A stretch of 64,000 nt of DNA from Candidatus Limnocylindria bacterium (GTDB lineage: Bacteria; Chloroflexota; Limnocylindria; P2-11E): NCBI GenBank assembly GCA_038207785.1, contig JBBQZK010000005.1:318-64317 (forward strand), in the 5' to 3' direction. How positions within the stretch are numbered: the stretch's first letter is position 1; each line of letters starts with the position of its first letter. Below the pieces are notes generated by a model. That model worked only from the letters and a program-made list of their open reading frames with translations. It made no database searches and had not been told where the DNA came from. Both the position numbers and the translations under genes were made by a program. Of this stretch, positions 36,677 to 45,958 are shown piece after piece.

Positions 36677-38343
36677 TCCCTAATGCCCGCGACCTCGTTC
36701 GTGACGCCGTGGCGGCCGGGGTGCTCGCGGCCAGCGATGCGCAGGGCTGGGGCGACCCTGCGCGCGCGATCGCGGTCGAGATCGAGCGGCCGGCCGACAA
36801 GGCCCACGGCGACTACGCCGCGAACATCGCGATGCGCCTCGCGAAGCCCCTCAAGCGGCCGCCGCTCGACATCGCCAAGGCGATCGCCGAACGTGTACCG
36901 GCGCGGGACGGCATCGGGTCCGTGACAGTCGCACCGCCGGGATTCATCAACGTCCGGCTCGACCCCGCGTGGCTCGCGAGGCAGGTGGATCTCATCGCGA
37001 GCGCGGGCGATCGCTTCGGACGGAACGACGCGCTGAAAGGCCAGACGCTGCAGGTCGAGTTCGTTTCGGCGAATCCGACCGGGCCGGTCACCGTCGCGAA
37101 CGCGCGCGGTGGACCGATCGGCGACGTGCTCGCGAACGTGCTCGCGTTCTCGGGCGCCGATGTGGAGCGCGAGTACTACATCAACGATGCGGGCACCCAG
37201 CTCGACGTCTTTGGCCGAAGCGTCGCCGTGCGCTACCTCGAGCTCGGCGGCACGACCGGGCTCACCGTGCCCGATGACGGCTATCCGGCGGAGTACGTCG
37301 TCGATATCGCGCGGGCGATCCGCGAGAAGGTAGGTGGCGCGTTCGACGGCCGGACGCCGGACGAGCTGGCCCCGCAGCTGGCCGGAGCGGCACTCGATAT
37401 CGTCGTCGAGTGGCACAAGGCCACCATGCGCAACTTCCACATCGACTTCGACAGCTTCTACCGCGAGACGGAGCTCATGGAGTCGGGGTACTTCATGAAG
37501 ACCATCGAGGCGCTGCGCGCCGCGGGCCACATCGAGGAGCGCGACGGCGCCGTGTGGCTGAAGTCCCGCGAGCTTGGCGAGGACATCGACAGCGTCCTCA
37601 TCCGGAGCACCGGCATGCCGACCTACTTCGGCGTGGACGTCGCGTATCACCGCGAGGCGCTCGTCGAGCGGGGCTTCGACCGCAAGATCGACATCTGGGG
37701 CGCGAATACGCACGGGCACGCCCGGCGGATGCGCACGGCGACGGCCGCGCTCGGGCTCGAGGGCCGGTGGCAGGTCGTCCTGTACCAGTTCGTCCGCTTC
37801 ATCCACGAGGGCGTCCTCACGAAGATGGGGAAGCGGACCGGGCAGTTCGTCCTGCTCGACGACGTCATCGGCGCGGTCGGCGTCGACGTCGCCCGCTGGT
37901 TCTTCCTCATGGTGAGCGCGGATCGCACGCTGGACTTCGACCTCGAGCTCGCGGTGCAGCAGTCGAACGAGAACCCCGCGTACTACGTGCAGTACGCCCA
38001 TGCGCGGATCGCGAGCATCTTCCGGACAGCGGCCGAGCGCGGGCTCACGGACGACGGCGCGGACGTCGCGCTGCTGACCGACGACGCCGAGCTTTATCTC
38101 GTTCGGCTCATGCTCCGGTTCCCCGAGCTGGTCGAGGAGATCCGCGACAAGCACAACGTCCACCTGCTCACCGGCTACGGCCTCGAGCTCGCGGGCGCGT
38201 TCCACGCGTTCTACAAGGGCAACCGCGTCGTCGGCGAGGACGAGGCCAGGTCCAAGGCCCGCCTGCGGTTCGTCGAGGCGGTCGGCCTGACCCTGCGCCA
38301 GACGCTCAGCCTGCTGGGGGTCAGCGCGCCCGAGTCGATGTAG
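36673..38343 (+). CDS. argS: Arginine-tRNA ligase
   Basis: HGDYAANIAM, PPGFIN, VEFVSANPTGP, DIWGA.THGH, KMGKRTG, NPAYYVQYAHARI. Confidence 0.95.
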   Translation: MIPNARDLVRDAVAAGVLAASDAQGWGDPARAIAVEIERPADKAHGDYAANIAMRLAKPLKRPPLDIAKAIAERVPARDGIGSVTVAPPGFINVRLDPAWLARQVDLIASAGDRFGRNDALKGQTLQVEFVSANPTGPVTVANARGGPIGDVLANVLAFSGADVEREYYINDAGTQLDVFGRSVAVRYLELGGTTGLTVPDDGYPAEYVVDIARAIREKVGGAFDGRTPDELAPQLAGAALDIVVEWHKATMRNFHIDFDSFYRETELMESGYFMKTIEALRAAGHIEERDGAVWLKSRELGEDIDSVLIRSTGMPTYFGVDVAYHREALVERGFDRKIDIWGANTHGHARRMRTATAALGLEGRWQVVLYQFVRFIHEGVLTKMGKRTGQFVLLDDVIGAVGVDVARWFFLMVSADRTLDFDLELAVQQSNENPAYYVQYAHARIASIFRTAAERGLTDDGADVALLTDDAELYLVRLMLRFPELVEEIRDKHNVHLLTGYGLELAGAFHAFYKGNRVVGEDEARSKARLRFVEAVGLTLRQTLSLLGVSAPESM

Positions 38344-38421
38344 GGCGGATCACCATCCGGTAGCAGTTAGCAACAGCGCAACTCGGACGTGCGACGGCGA
38401 CGCGGATGGAACACTAGAGGC

Positions 38422-39042
38422 ATGCGACTGATGGCGATCGCTCTCTTCGCGGCGCTGGTCAGCGGATGCGGCGGGCCCGCGGCGACCGGAGTCTCATCTC
38501 CGACCCCGACCGACGCGCCCCTCCGCTCGACCGCCGAGCCTAGTCCGACCATGCGGGCCATCGATGCGTTCATCTACTGGGCCATCGACCGCGGACCGAT
38601 CGGCTCCCCGGACGGACAGCGGCTGGTCTACCTCTTCGGCGTGGGCGACGTCCGCGGTCCGGTGAAGCTGATCGCGCCAGACGGCACGATCGCCGGCGAG
38701 GCCGCGATGATGGGCTCCGGCATCTTCGACGCTTCGTCATGCCTCTCGCGGTTCGGCGGCAAGCAGAGCGGCGTGGCTGTGATCGGGCTCCTCGTGATGA
38801 CCGCCTCTGCACAGGCGGCGTTCCTTTCCGATCCGGCGGCGTACCGGGCGCAAGTCGAGATCGTCCCGCCCGTCGCGCTGGCCGCACCGGTCATCGTCCG
38901 GCTGCAGGACTCTGGCTGCCGCCCGATCCGATCTAGCGGGTCGGGCTTGGCCTCGGGCTCCCGCTCGCGCCCGCGCCGCCGCGGCCACCCGGGAACTGCG
39001 CGCCTCCAAGGATGTCTCCGAGGATGTTCGTGCCGCCGATGA
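38422..39042 (+). CDS. Hypothetical lipoprotein; ancestral stop probably at 38936
   Basis: Lipobox LVSGC. A 5-bp CCGAT duplication just before CTAG extends the frame into the convergent gene. Confidence 0.6.
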   Translation: MRLMAIALFAALVSGCGGPAATGVSSPTPTDAPLRSTAEPSPTMRAIDAFIYWAIDRGPIGSPDGQRLVYLFGVGDVRGPVKLIAPDGTIAGEAAMMGSGIFDASSCLSRFGGKQSGVAVIGLLVMTASAQAAFLSDPAAYRAQVEIVPPVALAAPVIVRLQDSGCRPIRSSGSGLASGSRSRPRRRGHPGTARLQGCLRGCSCRR

Positions 39043-39487
39043 CGATCGCCTGCGCGGACACCGTGCCACTCGCCGTATCCGGCATCCCCGCGACGGTCAC
39101 CGTGTCGCCGACCTTGAGGTCGGTGAGCTTCAGGTCGGTTTCGGCGGTCTTCACGACGCGCGTGCCGGTGCCGACCAAGACGAGTTGCGTGGTGGTCGTC
39201 GGGCTCGCGCCGTTTCCGCCGCCAGCGCGGACCGAGATGGTGATCGAGTCGCTGTTCACCGCGAGGATCTGGCCGTTCGTGATGCCGCGGTTCGCAGCCG
39301 CCCCCCCGGCGGCACCCGCGCCGCCGCGGATCGTTTGCGTGCCGGTAGAGCCGGTGGCGCCGCCGCCGCCCGTCACGGTCGCCGCGGGTGCACGCGAAGA
39401 GCCGAACGCGAAGCCGCCACCGAAGAGTGCCAGGGCCACGACGACCCCGACGACGATCTGGACCGGACGCCGTGCAAGCGGGTTCAT
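38933..39487 (-). CDS. DUF5666-like membrane-anchored protein
   Basis: N-terminal TM, G.I.AVNSDSIT, T.V.K....DLKVGDTVTV.G, VSAQAIVI. Confidence 0.65.
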   Translation of the reverse strand: MNPLARRPVQIVVGVVVALALFGGGFAFGSSRAPAATVTGGGGATGSTGTQTIRGGAGAAGGAAANRGITNGQILAVNSDSITISVRAGGGNGASPTTTTQLVLVGTGTRVVKTAETDLKLTDLKVGDTVTVAGMPDTASGTVSAQAIVIGGTNILGDILGGAQFPGGRGGAGASGSPRPSPTR

Positions 39488-39502
39488 CGCTGTTCTCCCT
39501 TA

Positions 39503-40789
39503 TTACTCGTAGCGCAATGCCTGGATCGGGTGCAGGCGCGCCGCCCGCATCGCGGGGTAGAGACCGAAGACGATGCCGATCGCGACCGACACCCCGACGG
39601 CGATCGCCACCGTGCCGGCGGTGATGAGGATCGGGATCTGCGCCGCCGCCGGGATCTGGTGCACGACCACGGTGATGCCCCAGCCGAGCAGGATGCCGAG
39701 CACCCCCCCGATGCCGGTGAGGCCGATGGCTTCGATGAGGAACTGGCTGAGGATGTCGCGGCGCCGCGCGCCGACGGCCTTGCGGATGCCGATCTCCCGA
39801 GTGCGCTCGTTCACCGAGACCAGCATGATGTTCATGATCCCGATCCCGCCGACGAGGAGCGAGATGCCGCCGATCGCGGCGAGCAGGATCGTGAACGTGC
39901 CGGTCACCTGGTTCAGTGCCGCGAGCGTGTCGTTCTGGTTCGTGACCGTGAAGTCCGCGCTCGCCGGGTCGGTGATCTTGTGCCGCTGCAACAGCACGTC
40001 GGTAACGTCAGCGGTCGTATTCGCCATCTGATCGCTACTGGCAGCCTTCACGATGATCGAGCTCACCGAGTTGGTGCGCCCGGTCAGGACCCGCTGCGCG
40101 GTGGTCGTCGGCACGAGGATCTGGTCGTCGCGTGAGAAGCCGAAGGTCGTGCCCTTCGCATCGAGCATCCCGATGATCTTGAAGTTCAGGATGCGGGCCC
40201 GCTGCGCGCCACCCGGGCCGCCACCCCCGCCGAACACCTGACGCAGCTGGATCGTCTGGCCGGTGGGATCGACACCCTCGCCGAAGAGGTTCGTCGCGGT
40301 CGTGGAGCCGATGACCGCGACCTGAGCATTCAGGCGGACGTCCTCGTCGGTGAAGAAGCCGCCGGCTGCGAGCCCCCAATCGCGGACCTGCGGGTAGCCC
40401 GTGGTAACGCCGACGACGTTCGAGTTCCAGTTCTGGCCGGCCGCGGTGACCTGCCACCTGCCGGCGCTCTGCTCCGCCTCGACCGCACCGATGGTCGGGC
40501 CGAGCTGGGCGGCGATCGCGTTCATATCGTCGAGCGTCAGGTTCTGGCTCTGGACGCCGGCCCCGCGCAGTCCGTTGTCCCCGGTCTGGGCGCCGGGGGT
40601 GACGGTCACGAGATTCGATCCGAGTGACAACACTTGCTGCTGGACCGTCTGCGACGCGCCATTGCCCACCGCGACCATCGCGATCACCGACGCCACGCCG
40701 ATGATCACCCCGAGCATCGTCAGCGCCGAACGCAGCTTGTTCACGATGATCGACTGGAGTGCCGAGCGGAACGAGTCGAACAGCTTCAT
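39503..40789 (-). CDS. MacB/FtsX-like ABC permease
   Basis: NKLRSALTMLGVIIGVASVI, LLVGGIGIMNIM.VSV.ERTREIGIRKAVGA. Confidence 0.92.
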   Translation of the reverse strand: MKLFDSFRSALQSIIVNKLRSALTMLGVIIGVASVIAMVAVGNGASQTVQQQVLSLGSNLVTVTPGAQTGDNGLRGAGVQSQNLTLDDMNAIAAQLGPTIGAVEAEQSAGRWQVTAAGQNWNSNVVGVTTGYPQVRDWGLAAGGFFTDEDVRLNAQVAVIGSTTATNLFGEGVDPTGQTIQLRQVFGGGGGPGGAQRARILNFKIIGMLDAKGTTFGFSRDDQILVPTTTAQRVLTGRTNSVSSIIVKAASSDQMANTTADVTDVLLQRHKITDPASADFTVTNQNDTLAALNQVTGTFTILLAAIGGISLLVGGIGIMNIMLVSVNERTREIGIRKAVGARRRDILSQFLIEAIGLTGIGGVLGILLGWGITVVVHQIPAAAQIPILITAGTVAIAVGVSVAIGIVFGLYPAMRAARLHPIQALRYE

Positions 40790-41592
40790 CGCGTCGCCGG
40801 TACGGTCGTGACGGCCCCGGTGTGCAGATCGACCGAGTGGCCGGTCCCCGCCTTGCGTAGCTCGTCGTCGGCGCGGCGCGGATGGGGGACGACCTCGTCG
40901 CCGGAGACGACACCGTCGCGCATCCGGACGATGCGCTTGCAGTGCTCCGCCACGTCGGGCTCGTGCGTGACCATCAAGACCGTCTTCCCCTCGTGGTTGA
41001 GCCGCTGGAAGATCGCGAGGATCTCGGCCGTGGACCGCGAGTCGAGGTTGCCGGTCGGCTCGTCCGCGAGGATGATCGACGGGTCGTTGAGCAGCGCGCG
41101 CGCGATCGCGACGCGCTGCTGCTGACCACCGCTCAATTCATTCGGCTTGTGGTGCATCCGCTCGCCCAAGCCGACCGCCGCGAGCGCGTCCTTGGCCCGC
41201 TGCGTGCGCCCGCGCGCGCTGCCGCCATACACGAGTGGCAGCTCGACGTTCTCGATGGCGTTGAGCCGCGGCAGCAGATTGAACGTCTGGAACACGAAGC
41301 CAATGTGCCTGTTGCGGATCGCTGCCAGCTGGTCGTCGTTGAGCTGGCGGACCTGTTCGCCGGCGAGGACGTAGGTCCCGGCGTCCGGCACGTCGAGGCA
41401 GCCAAGGACGTTCATCATCGTGGACTTTCCCGATCCGGATGGGCCCATGAGTGCGACGAACTCGCCCGGGTACACGTCGAGGTCCGCGCCCTGTAGTGCG
41501 TTGACGATGTTGTCCTTGCCCATTCGGTACGTCTTCGTCACTCCGCGAAGACGAATGACTGGGTCCGCGCGGGTCGGGGCGTACGAGCTCAT
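40786..41592 (-). CDS. ABC ATP-binding protein (MacB/LolD-like)
   Basis: GPSGSGKST, GFVFQTFNL, LSGGQQQRVAIARAL, ADEPTGNLD. Confidence 0.93.
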   Translation of the reverse strand: MSSYAPTRADPVIRLRGVTKTYRMGKDNIVNALQGADLDVYPGEFVALMGPSGSGKSTMMNVLGCLDVPDAGTYVLAGEQVRQLNDDQLAAIRNRHIGFVFQTFNLLPRLNAIENVELPLVYGGSARGRTQRAKDALAAVGLGERMHHKPNELSGGQQQRVAIARALLNDPSIILADEPTGNLDSRSTAEILAIFQRLNHEGKTVLMVTHEPDVAEHCKRIVRMRDGVVSGDEVVPHPRRADDELRKAGTGHSVDLHTGAVTTVPATR

Positions 41593-43430
41593 CGGCCGGG
41601 CACCGGTTGGCCACCACCACCGCCGATTTGGATGCCACGGTTGGCGCCTCCGCTCCCAGCCGCGCGCGGCTGCGGCAGGACGACGACGTCGCCTTCCTGC
41701 ACCCCCGTGAGCACCTCGGTGACGGTGTCATTGCTGATGCCGAACGTCGCATCGGTATCGACGGCCTGGCCATCCGTCATCACGGTGAGGTAGCGGCGTC
41801 CGCTCGCGGCCTTCACCGCAAGGTTCGGCACGACGAGCGTATTCGGGCGACTCGCGAGGATGACCTGCGCGGTCCCGCTCATACCGGGCTTCACCGATTG
41901 GCTCGGCAGATCGATCGTCACGTCGATCCCGTACACCGGGACGCCCGACGCGATCGTCGCCACCGGATCGAGCGAGGTCACCTTCCCGGTCATCTTCGCG
42001 GTGCCGACCGCATCCACCGTGACGGTCGCGACCTGGCCGAGCTTGAGCTTCACGACGTCGCCTTCGCCGATCGTTCCATGGAGGGCCATCGACCCGGTGT
42101 TCGCGAGCACGATGAAGCCGGCGTTGGCGTTCGTCGTGACGTTCTCGCCGACCTGCGCGCTGATCGCCGTCACGACGCCCGCGACCGTCGCTTTGATGAG
42201 CGCGTTTTCGAGGTTGTTCTGCGCCGTCGCGACCGTCGTCTCCGCATTGGCCAACGAGTTCTGGGCGCTCTGCACGTTCGCTGGCTGGTTGTTCAGCGAG
42301 GTCTGCGCGCTCTGCAGGCTTTGCGCCGCGCGGATCTGCGCGGACGTGACGTTCTGCACGGCGTTCACGTAGCTGCCGGTTACCACGTCGTTGATCGTCG
42401 AGACGCTGCTGCCTGCCTGGGTGAGCTTGTTCTTCGCGAAGATCGCCCCCTGTTGCTCGCCGGTGAGGGTGACGAGGAGCACGCCGATGTCGGCGCGGGC
42501 CGCGTCGAGCGTCGTGTCGGACTTCGCGTTGACCGTGTTCAAGGAGTTCTGCGCTGCGGTGGTCGACGTGAGCGCGCTACCGATCTGAGCGTTCGGGGCG
42601 TCGATGGCGCTCGTGAGCCGGGAGCCGGCGGTGCTGTAGGCGACCTGGGCCGTCGCCATCTGCTGGCTCGCGGCCGCCGTATCGCCACTCGCGGCGACCG
42701 CGGCGTCGAACGCGCTCACCGCGTTCAGGATCATGTTCGCCGCGGCGATGTAGTCGCCCTCGGCGGGGCTGAAGACGCTCTGGACGTAGCTCTGCGCATT
42801 GCCGAGGGCCGCGCTGGCCTGGTTCATCGACGTCTGCGCCGACTTGTTGTCGCTGATCTGGTTCGCGGTCGCCAGATCGTTCTGGACCTTCTGCACTTGC
42901 TGCTGGGCGACGCTGATCTGCGACACATAGGTCGCCAGATCATTGATGAGCGAACCGTACAGGCTCGAGAAGTTCACCTTCGCGGCCGCGTAATTCGACT
43001 TCAGCTTCGAGAAAGCCGACTGTGCGGTGGCGATGTCATTGGCCGTCGACTGTTGCGTCTGGGCATACGAATTCTGCGCGTCGTTCACACCCGAGAGGGC
43101 CTTGTCGTAGTTCGTCTGCGCTCCGGCGAGATTGTTCTGCGCGGTCGTGAGCGCGGCCTGGAGATCGGCCGTGTCGAGCTTCGCGAGCGGCTGCCCGGCG
43201 GTGACCGCCTGGCCCACGCTGACGAGCAACTGCGCGACCTTCCCGTTGGTGGCGGGGTTGAGCTTCACGGTGCCCGCCGAGCTCACCGAACCGGACACGG
43301 CGACCGTCTGCGTCACCGCGCCACGCGAGACCTGTGCCGTGCGCACGGTCGTGTCCGCGGGCGCGGCGCTGCACGCTGCGGCGAAGATGCCCGCCGCCGC
43401 TGCGGCGGCGACGCCCTTTGCGATCGACAT
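41589..43430 (-). CDS. Periplasmic adaptor (MacA/HlyD-like) with a very long helical insert
   Basis: ATG at 43430 with SD. Lipobox-like FAAAC, split lipoyl halves V.QLLVSVGQ.V / IKATVAGVV, E.DV.KLKLGQ, VKPGMS. Confidence 0.85.
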   Translation of the reverse strand: MSIAKGVAAAAAAGIFAAACSAAPADTTVRTAQVSRGAVTQTVAVSGSVSSAGTVKLNPATNGKVAQLLVSVGQAVTAGQPLAKLDTADLQAALTTAQNNLAGAQTNYDKALSGVNDAQNSYAQTQQSTANDIATAQSAFSKLKSNYAAAKVNFSSLYGSLINDLATYVSQISVAQQQVQKVQNDLATANQISDNKSAQTSMNQASAALGNAQSYVQSVFSPAEGDYIAAANMILNAVSAFDAAVAASGDTAAASQQMATAQVAYSTAGSRLTSAIDAPNAQIGSALTSTTAAQNSLNTVNAKSDTTLDAARADIGVLLVTLTGEQQGAIFAKNKLTQAGSSVSTINDVVTGSYVNAVQNVTSAQIRAAQSLQSAQTSLNNQPANVQSAQNSLANAETTVATAQNNLENALIKATVAGVVTAISAQVGENVTTNANAGFIVLANTGSMALHGTIGEGDVVKLKLGQVATVTVDAVGTAKMTGKVTSLDPVATIASGVPVYGIDVTIDLPSQSVKPGMSGTAQVILASRPNTLVVPNLAVKAASGRRYLTVMTDGQAVDTDATFGISNDTVTEVLTGVQEGDVVVLPQPRAAGSGGANRGIQIGGGGGQPVPGR

Positions 43431-43467
43431 TGACCCTCTCCCCTTCTCCACGCGAGTCCGGACTGCT

Positions 43468-44259
43468 TTACGGGTTGGCAGCGATCGGTGGGGACGCGGC
43501 CGGCCCGAGCCGAGCGACCACGACCGCGCCGAGCGCGTACGCGACGACGACGAACGCGACGATCCCGCCGACGGCGGGCAGCTGCATGAGGATGTACAGG
43601 ATGGTGGCGCCGATGAGCGCGACGAGCGGCGCGGGGACGCCACCCGACCAGCGGCTCATCGCGGGCACGGCGAAGAGGGCGTCTCCGAGGCGCCACGACG
43701 CCGCGGCGAAGCCGACGAGCGCGATGAGCAGGGCGCCGGCTCCGAATACGGCCATCGTCATGAGCCCGACCTGGAGGCCCATCTGGATCCCGGCCGGAGC
43801 GTCGCGGAATCCCGCGGCCAGCCCTCCGAGGAGGACCACCCCGCCGAGGAACATCGCGGACGCGAGCAGGAGCAGCACGGCGATGCCCGTGCCGAGGACC
43901 CGAACCTGATCGCGCCACGTCCCGCGCGCCGCGCGGTACGCGCCCAGGACCTGTTCGCGCCCGAGCACCAGCACTGCGGACACGGCGATGACGACAAGCA
44001 GATAGCCGGCGGCGTCGCGCGCGGTGTCGGACACGCTGCGCTGGAATGGCACGACGGCTCGGAGCGGCCCCGGGACATCACCGTTCGCGACGGCTGTCCG
44101 GACCGGCTGCCCGGCGCGGCCGCCGAAGTTGACGAAGAAGAACCGCTGAGGCCCGCCCTGGTCCGCACCGGCGGCCATCGACCCGACCAGCAGGACCGTC
44201 GCGATCGCGATCGCGATCACGATGGCTCCGAGCGCGAAGGCCGTGTCGCGTCCGCTCAA
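43468..44259 (-). CDS. Multi-pass membrane protein
   Basis: TTGA-coupled start at 44259. About six TM segments. Confidence 0.7.
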   Translation of the reverse strand: MSGRDTAFALGAIVIAIAIATVLLVGSMAAGADQGGPQRFFFVNFGGRAGQPVRTAVANGDVPGPLRAVVPFQRSVSDTARDAAGYLLVVIAVSAVLVLGREQVLGAYRAARGTWRDQVRVLGTGIAVLLLLASAMFLGGVVLLGGLAAGFRDAPAGIQMGLQVGLMTMAVFGAGALLIALVGFAAASWRLGDALFAVPAMSRWSGGVPAPLVALIGATILYILMQLPAVGGIVAFVVVAYALGAVVVARLGPAASPPIAANP

Positions 44260-44645
44260 CGGGCGATCATCCGGTGCTGGTCGCCGCCGCGGAGCATCGC
44301 GTGGGCGGCCACCACGCTCCCGATACCAAGCAGAGCGAGCGAGACGATCGCGAGGCCATCGATGACGATGTCGGCCTCGCTCGTCTGGTCCAGACCCTGG
44401 GCCGCGAGGAGGATCGCGCTGATCGACGCTCCGAGCTCGGCGCCGTGCGCGGCCATGCCCCAGGCAAGGTACGCGAGGCTCGGCAGCGCGAGCACCGCGG
44501 CCAGGATCCATTCCCGTCGCGTCGGCGCGCCGTCGCCGCGGACCCGGAGCATCACTGAATCCCGGAAACCGAGCGGCAACGACGCGGGCTTCACCGCGCT
44601 GAGCAGCGCGTGGAGCGCGAGCTCGTCGTGATCGAGGTCGTTCAT
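44256..44645 (-). CDS. Probable membrane anti-sigma factor
   Basis: Follows the ECF sigma (ATGA overlap). P.GFRDSVMLRV helix, then two TM segments. No ZAS motif. Confidence 0.65.
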   Translation of the reverse strand: MNDLDHDELALHALLSAVKPASLPLGFRDSVMLRVRGDGAPTRREWILAAVLALPSLAYLAWGMAAHGAELGASISAILLAAQGLDQTSEADIVIDGLAIVSLALLGIGSVVAAHAMLRGGDQHRMIAR

Positions 44646-45196
44646 GACCGCGCGCTCCGACGTTGCGCCAAGGTCGTCTTGAGCGCGGCGCGGGCCCGAT
44701 GCAGGTGCGTCTTTACGGTGCCGAGCGGGAGCCCAAGCGCGTCCGCGACTTCCTGATAGGAGAGCTGCTGCATGTGTCTGAGCGTGAGGGCGGCCCGGTA
44801 TGCCGGGGGAAGCAGGGCCATCGCGTCCAGCACCTCCTGGACGTCCTCTTTGCGGACGGCCGACAGCTCGGGCCCGGCCTCCGGAGGCTCCGGGTCGTCA
44901 GGCAGCTCCTCGACCGTGATCTCCCGGCCGCTGCCCCGCTGGATGAAGTTCAGGCTCGCGTTCGTCGTGATCTTGAACAGCCACGGGCCGAACGGGTACA
45001 TCGGGTCGTACTGGTGGAGCGCGCGATACGCTCGGATGAAGGCGTCCTGGGCGCAGTCGCGCGCGGAGTCGGGGTCATGCGTGATGCGCAGCGCGACGTT
45101 GTACACCCGCCCTCCATAGCGTTCGACCAGCGCCGCATAGGCATCGGCGTCACCGGACAGACACCGCTGCACGATGTCCTGGTCAGTCCGCGTCAG
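44642..45196 (-). CDS. ECF sigma factor (SigW-like); probable CTG start at 45196 (first canonical start is GTG at 45172)
   Basis: GD.DAYAALVERY, QDAFIRAY, F.PWL.KI..N, SYQEVA, GTVKTHLHRAR. AGGAGG lies 6 nt before the CTG. Confidence 0.88.
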   Translation of the reverse strand: MTRTDQDIVQRCLSGDADAYAALVERYGGRVYNVALRITHDPDSARDCAQDAFIRAYRALHQYDPMYPFGPWLFKITTNASLNFIQRGSGREITVEELPDDPEPPEAGPELSAVRKEDVQEVLDAMALLPPAYRAALTLRHMQQLSYQEVADALGLPLGTVKTHLHRARAALKTTLAQRRSARS

Positions 45197-45236
45197 CGGG
45201 GGCCTCCTGGCCGGCGGCCTTCGCGGTCACAGGTCG

Positions 45237-45264
45237 ATACCCGCGCCGTCGCCGCCGTGTTTCG
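45237..45264 (-). promoter_or_regulatory. Possible ECF-type autoregulatory promoter CGAAAC-N17-GGTAT
   Basis: Resembles the SigW-type TGAAAC-N16-CGTA, with a one-base offset. Confidence 0.3.
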
Positions 45265-45283
45265 GCGTATTCTCAACTCCTCC

Positions 45284-45925
45284 ATGGACCTGACCTGGCT
45301 CGGCCACGCGTGCTTCCGGCTGCGTGGCCGCGAAGGTGTCGTGCTGACCGACCCGCCGGACCCCAAGTCCGGCGCCGCGATCCCCAAGACCGCCGCCGAC
45401 CTGGTGACCATCTCCAACGAAGATCCCCGTCACAGCAGCCTCCGCTCGGTCGGCGGAGAGCCGGTGGTCCTCCGGGGGCCCGGCGAGTACGAGGTGAAAG
45501 AGATCCTCGTGACCGGTATCGGGACGTTCCGGGACGACGATCGGGGCGCCAAGCGCGGGCGCAACACCATCTACGCCATCCGGCTCGACGACCTGGTCGT
45601 CTGCCACCTCGGCGGGCTCGGGCACGTCCTGCCGACCGCCGACCTGGAGCGCCTCGGGGACATCGACGTGGTCCTCGTACCCATCGGCGGCCACGACACC
45701 GACCTCTCGGCGACCCAGGCCGCTGAGGTCATCCACCAGCTCGAGCCCAAGGTGGTCGTGCCGATGTCCTACGAGCCGGACGCCGCGAAGAAGGACAGTC
45801 CCTTCGAGCGGCTCCTGCACGAGCTCGGCGTCAAGGACATCGCGCCGACCGCCAAGCTGTCGCTCTCGCGGAGCTCCCTGCCGGACAACGTCCAGGTGGT
45901 AACGCTGGACTCCCGCGCCCGATAG
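45284..45925 (+). CDS. MBL-fold metallo-hydrolase (Lactamase_B_3-like)
   Basis: TWLGHACFRL, LTDP, PGEYEV, CHLGGLGH, PK.VVPMSY. Several metal ligands look degenerate (ISNEDPRH). Confidence 0.8.
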   Translation: MDLTWLGHACFRLRGREGVVLTDPPDPKSGAAIPKTAADLVTISNEDPRHSSLRSVGGEPVVLRGPGEYEVKEILVTGIGTFRDDDRGAKRGRNTIYAIRLDDLVVCHLGGLGHVLPTADLERLGDIDVVLVPIGGHDTDLSATQAAEVIHQLEPKVVVPMSYEPDAAKKDSPFERLLHELGVKDIAPTAKLSLSRSSLPDNVQVVTLDSRAR

Positions 45926-45958
45926 TGGCAGCCTGCTCGCTTAGCGAGAGGGAAGCTC

